From an uncultured archaeon (GTDB lineage Archaea > Iainarchaeota > Iainarchaeia > Iainarchaeales > Iainarchaeaceae): 32,000 nucleotides of DNA. Below, in pieces: positions 28,533 through 32,000 of the stretch. A model generated the notes under the pieces. That model searched no databases, was not told the DNA's origin, and saw only the letters and a list, made by a program, of their open reading frames with translations. Location: contig CAZNZM010000004.1 in NCBI GenBank assembly GCA_964577555.1, positions 1 to 32,000 on the forward strand, written 5' to 3'. Position 1 is the stretch's first letter. Each line of letters starts with the position of its first letter. Both the position numbers and the translations under genes were made by a program.

Positions 28533-28955
28533 TCAAACACCTTTAAAGCAAAAATAAACCCGGCCAAGGCATTTTTGCCCCTTACTATTAATAATATTCA
28601 CGACGTAAGAATATTTCCTTTCACAAGAATCATTATTGCCTATTGCCCAAGACTTTTCACTACAACCAAGAAAATTTTCCATTTTGACAACATAACCGGA
28701 AACAACAGGAGTAGTACAATTAGAATTAATGCCAAACCTATCAAACTTGTTTTCGTCAAAAGTGCCAATGCAACGAAAAACAAAATCCCTTACTTGCCCG
28801 CTTTCCTGAAGAGGCTTTATTGAAGGAGTAAGCTGATTTACCGGAACAATAGAAGAATAACCAATATAAACAAGAAACAAAACAACAAAAACAATTATGA
28901 CAACAAGCATAAAAGTTGAAATCATAGAATAAATGCCTCTACAATCCATTGACAT
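28533..28955 (-). CDS. Cys-rich single-TM pilin-like protein
   Basis: MSMDCRGIYSMISTFMLVVIIVFVVLFLVYIGYSS then ectodomain with six Cys; stop codon directly abuts the VWA start. Confidence 0.8.
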   Translation of the reverse strand: MSMDCRGIYSMISTFMLVVIIVFVVLFLVYIGYSSIVPVNQLTPSIKPLQESGQVRDFVFRCIGTFDENKFDRFGINSNCTTPVVSGYVVKMENFLGCSEKSWAIGNNDSCERKYSYVVNIINSKGQKCLGRVYFCFKGV

Positions 28956-29367
28956 CTATTCTGCCCCCGTTTTTTCTGTTCACCAAAAGCTCGGTTACAT
29001 AAGCAAGGTTAATGCTCAAATTAGAATCTGTACTGCAAAGCAAGATTCTGCATTGCATTATCTCGCCTGAATCAAAACAAATATTATTATCCCTAACCAA
29101 AAACAAGCCTTTTTCAGTCAAAGGATTATACTTATACTTGAAATTATAAGAAGCACAAGCATCATTAATCAAAGTCTGCATTTTAGTAACATCATTCTGA
29201 ACCCGCTCGGCTTCAGGCCTCAAATTCTTGAAATTACCCAAAAGCCACATAGAAGCAAGCAATATAGCAGTTATAACTGCCAACCACAAAACAACATCTG
29301 ACACCAAACTAGCCTTTGAATTCAAATTCAAAACATTCAAATCAGGCTTTGCACTCAATTTTAACAC
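28939..29367 (-). CDS. Single-TM pilin-like protein
   Basis: NLNSKASLVSDVVLWLAVITAILLASMWLLGNFK; overlaps both neighbours. Confidence 0.78.
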   Translation of the reverse strand: MLKLSAKPDLNVLNLNSKASLVSDVVLWLAVITAILLASMWLLGNFKNLRPEAERVQNDVTKMQTLINDACASYNFKYKYNPLTEKGLFLVRDNNICFDSGEIMQCRILLCSTDSNLSINLAYVTELLVNRKNGGRIDVNGL

Positions 29368-29800
29368 CGCCCTTAACCCTTAAAAAAGAACAAGTAAAAT
29401 CAGTTACTGAAAAAGCTTCCCTGTGAAAAGTAGTGTCAAGGTTCAAATCATAATCCTGCGGAGGACAAGAACATTTTACACAATTACTACTGCCTTGAAA
29501 CTCCATACAAATTTTACTGCCAGAAGACCTGGCAAAAACAACAGAACCGCTTGCAAGAGGAAACTTTTCAGACAACAAAGTGTCAACAGCAGAATTGCAA
29601 ACAAATTCGCACTTCTGCCCCATTCTTGCAAGCGAATTTTTTATTTGCTGGAGTTTTTGTTGATCAGAACCGGTAGAAACCAAATTAGCCACTATTAAAA
29701 GCCCAAAAACAGCTGTTATTACGCCAACATAGAGCCAAACAGCCTGATCCACAAAATCTCCCCAAAATGAAAGCAAATATAGACATTCATGAACATTCAA
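29342..29800 (-). CDS. Cys-rich single-TM pilin-like protein
   Basis: DQAVWLYVGVITAVFGLLIVANLV followed by ectodomain with CEFVC...NCVKCSCPP; exact start uncertain. Confidence 0.78.
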   Translation of the reverse strand: MNVHECLYLLSFWGDFVDQAVWLYVGVITAVFGLLIVANLVSTGSDQQKLQQIKNSLARMGQKCEFVCNSAVDTLLSEKFPLASGSVVFARSSGSKICMEFQGSSNCVKCSCPPQDYDLNLDTTFHREAFSVTDFTCSFLRVKGGVKIECKA

Positions 29801-30356
29801 TGTCTATTGCACCATCGCCATCGCTGTCAAATGCACTGGAAAACCAATGAAACTTTTTATCATCATCAGACAAACCAGCATAACACCCGCCAGGCTTGAT
29901 GAATTGCATCAAAAGCTCGGTGGCTTCCTCTCTTGACTTGCCTTCTCTTTTCCAATAATTGCAAAGAAGATCCTTGCACGAAGACATATTCAAATTGGAA
30001 GAGCCGCAAGAAGTCAAAAGAGAACAATAAACCTTGTCGTCACAAACACCAACCCCTGCCTTGAAGCCAGTATTATTATACGACGGAAGAGCCCCCTGCT
30101 TCAAACGAAAATCAAAAGATTTTATGCAAAACTGCGCCAAACTATCAGCATCTCCAGCAGCACACAACCTTGAACATTCAGTCTTGCCACTGGAAATCTT
30201 GTTTTCAAAAGCGGCTTTATCCTGCTCCTCCTGAATTTTAGTGCCCTGCTCCTTGAACTGCTGAGAAACAAGCTGCAAAACCAGCATTGCAACAGCCAAA
30301 AGAACAAAAAGCACAATGAATATTTGAATTGCCATTTCCATTCCTTTCTGATTCAT
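29787..30356 (-). CDS. Cys-rich pilin-like protein with calcium-binding-like loop
   Basis: MNQKGMEMAIQIFIVLFVLLAVAMLVLQLVSQQF; ten or more Cys; C-terminal DSDGDGAIDIECS. Confidence 0.8.
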   Translation of the reverse strand: MNQKGMEMAIQIFIVLFVLLAVAMLVLQLVSQQFKEQGTKIQEEQDKAAFENKISSGKTECSRLCAAGDADSLAQFCIKSFDFRLKQGALPSYNNTGFKAGVGVCDDKVYCSLLTSCGSSNLNMSSCKDLLCNYWKREGKSREEATELLMQFIKPGGCYAGLSDDDKKFHWFSSAFDSDGDGAIDIECS

Positions 30357-30775
30357 GTTTTTACCTCCACTTTACCTTTATCAACATTCCAATTTATAAA
30401 AAAAGTTTTTACGCTTGCTTTCTCAACATTGCCAAGCACGTTGACATCGCCAACCAAAGCAACCAAATTCTCAGGAACAATATTATACGGTTCGTTAGAA
30501 TGAACAGTAAAACAAATACCGCTATGCAAATTCACACCATAATTCTTATTATAACACTCTTTTATCAAAGCAACCACTTCCCTGTCCGAAACAGAAGTAA
30601 CATCAATAAGATCAGCTCCTGTTGGCGGCTTTTTATCCCCACCAAAAAAACCCAAAATAGAATTCTTTCCAGCACCTATAAGATCCTGACTGAAATTAAT
30701 TACAAGAGTGCCAACTACCAAAACTATGAACAAGGTTATTATCAATTGAACAGGCATCTCCATAAAAAAAACCAC
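30353..30775 (-). CDS. Single-TM pilin-like protein
   Basis: MEMPVQLIITLFIVLVVGTLVINFSQDLIG; 4-nt overlap with next gene. Confidence 0.78.
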   Translation of the reverse strand: MVFFMEMPVQLIITLFIVLVVGTLVINFSQDLIGAGKNSILGFFGGDKKPPTGADLIDVTSVSDREVVALIKECYNKNYGVNLHSGICFTVHSNEPYNIVPENLVALVGDVNVLGNVEKASVKTFFINWNVDKGKVEVKT

Positions 30776-30797
30776 TCAAAACAAGAATAAAACGATT

Positions 30798-30812
30798 TCA
30801 AAATATTTAAAT
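30798..30812 (-). promoter_or_regulatory. Possible TATA-like element upstream of the 30775 gene
   Basis: Minus strand reads TTTAATTTAAATATT roughly 25 nt or more upstream of the start at 30775, in the only sizeable gap of the cluster. Confidence 0.4.
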
Positions 30813-30891
30813 TAAACGCTTAAAGAACTTTCCAAAAAAACAAACTTGTCCTATAAACAACAAAAAAATAATGACGATTAGGCAAAAAAAA

Positions 30892-31323
30892 TCAAGTTAT
30901 TTTCAACGCATGATTCCCGTTTTCATTGCAAGAAATATTTAAAATCCTTGGCAAAACAAGCGGCGGATTGTCAATCAAAATGCGACAATCAGTACAATAA
31001 TTCATTTTTCTAAAAAAATTATTCAATTTAGCTTCGTCGAGCTCCCCAATTTTGTTGCCATCAAAAGACTCGTCAAGAAGAACAACATTGCCGCAATCCT
31101 TATAAACTTCGCCAAACTGGCACTCTTGCCAACAATAATTAAGCTTTGCCGCAAACTTTGGAAAATTAACTTTGGTTAGGCTTGGTCCGTTGGCAGGAGG
31201 AATAAACATGTTCCTTACAGTATCACCAATCTTGTTAAAATCAAATTGAAAAACAAAAGCGGTTATCAAACCAGCAACTATAATAGTGAAAAAAAGAAAA
31301 CCAACAATTTCAATTGTTTCCAT
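30892..31323 (-). CDS. Cys-rich single-TM pilin-like protein
   Basis: METIEIVGFLFFTIIVAGLITAFVFQFDF; ectodomain LNYCWQECQFGEVYKDCG...MNYCTDCRILIDN...ISCNENG. Confidence 0.8.
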   Translation of the reverse strand: METIEIVGFLFFTIIVAGLITAFVFQFDFNKIGDTVRNMFIPPANGPSLTKVNFPKFAAKLNYCWQECQFGEVYKDCGNVVLLDESFDGNKIGELDEAKLNNFFRKMNYCTDCRILIDNPPLVLPRILNISCNENGNHALKIT

Positions 31324-31327
31324 AACA

Positions 31328-31420
31328 TCACTTCAACATGCTTGTAACATACAATATAATCGCTCCAAAAGCTATTACTGCAATAATAACTTCAATCACA
31401 ACCATTATTGTTTGATTCAC
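31328..31420 (-). CDS. 30-aa single-TM micro-ORF (not in the ORF track)
   Basis: Reads (GTG)NQTIMVVIEVIIAVIAFGAIILYVTSMLK*; GTG start overlaps the TGA of the upstream platform gene (GTGA) and it ends 4 nt before the next ATG. Confidence 0.6.
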   Translation of the reverse strand: MNQTIMVVIEVIIAVIAFGAIILYVTSMLK

Positions 31421-32000
31421 CTGACAAGCACCCCTTTGAAAATAATTTCAGTGAAAGCATAATAACCGCCAAACAACAAAGCACTATAAATCAAAAAAGA
31501 AATGGCAAGATTCTCGTAAATGGTTTTTGCAATTTTATATTTGTCCGTGCCATCCCTTATATTTGAAAGAAAAAGAGAAAGTATAATAGAAGTTTCAATA
31601 AAATACGCGCCAACAATTATCTCAAGAATAGTAGGAGGAATTATGTCTTTTATCTTCACAAGCTCAAGATTAATAGGATTACTTCCAACACTTGTCAATA
31701 CTTCATTAATCTTCTGCTTAATGAATTCAAGAGACATGACAATAGCAGCAGCCATTACAGTAGCAGTGGTTGCCAACAAAGGAGCCAACACCGTGACGGA
31801 AATACTTACAATAGAAACCGTTTCAGCCAAAAGAGTTTGAATATAATCATCCAACTTGTAAGTTGAAAGAGTCTGCTCCCTTATCATCTTGGCTGATTTG
31901 GCCGCGCTTTTCTGGTCAATCTCGGTAAAAATAACTATCCTCTTAATAATTTGAACCATGCGCCTTGAAGGTGCAACAGAAGGCAAAAACTTTTCAACCA
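31417..32000 (-). CDS. Type IV pilus/archaellum/T2SS platform protein (GspF/TadC/ArlJ-like), truncated by the window edge
   Basis: RRMVQIIKRIVIFTEIDQKSAAKSAKMIREQTLSTYKLDDYIQTLLAETVSIVSISVTVLAPLLATTATVMAAAIV...FIETSIILSLFLSNIRDGTDKYKIAKTIYENLAISFLIYSALLFGGYYAFTEIIF, the C-terminal part of this family; reading frame probably continues beyond 32000. Confidence 0.8.
   Translation of the reverse strand, partial: VEKFLPSVAPSRRMVQIIKRIVIFTEIDQKSAAKSAKMIREQTLSTYKLDDYIQTLLAETVSIVSISVTVLAPLLATTATVMAAAIVMSLEFIKQKINEVLTSVGSNPINLELVKIKDIIPPTILEIIVGAYFIETSIILSLFLSNIRDGTDKYKIAKTIYENLAISFLIYSALLFGGYYAFTEIIFKGVLVR

Noticed and set aside
1-32000. tRNA or other stable RNA genes
   Set aside because: I looked for GTTCRANNC-type T-arms and GC-rich stretches; only the 26.6-26.7 kb hairpin stands out and it does not fit a tRNA cloverleaf.

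Overview
This is a roughly 32 kb piece of an archaeal chromosome, probably from a DPANN-type lineage (inference from gene content and small pilin-rich clusters). Recognisable housekeeping genes: SPFH/band-7 protein, DUF373 membrane protein, archaeal LonB, RNase Z, a sugar-nucleotidyltransferase, a UlaG-like metallo-hydrolase, a NOB1-like PIN protein, PheS/PheT, RFC large subunit, Orc1/Cdc6, a site-2-type (M50) protease, CDC48, a stand-alone NFACT-R protein and a winged-helix regulator. No tRNA, rRNA, CRISPR or transposon was recognised. The parts that look unusual are: (1) a dispersed, modular family of A-rich repeats filling gene 3' flanks, with near-identical blocks recurring at kilobase distances and one ~60-bp tandem array; (2) a large overlapping gene cluster at 26.7-32 kb encoding a GspF/TadC/ArlJ-like platform protein, a 30-aa membrane micro-ORF absent from the ORF track, six Cys-rich single-TM proteins and a VWA+PKD-like protein (a candidate divergent type IV-pilus/secretion-like surface machine); (3) a second cluster of four overlapping pseudopilin-like genes (19.4-21.1 kb) facing a pair of class III-signal pilins; (4) a protein with ten consecutive exact-length 9-residue repeats; (5) very strong A>T and C>G asymmetry on the + strand regardless of gene direction; and (6) two inverted-repeat structures in the 26.5-26.7 kb intergenic region. 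Many ORFs in the supplied track are antisense or low-complexity artefacts of this skew.
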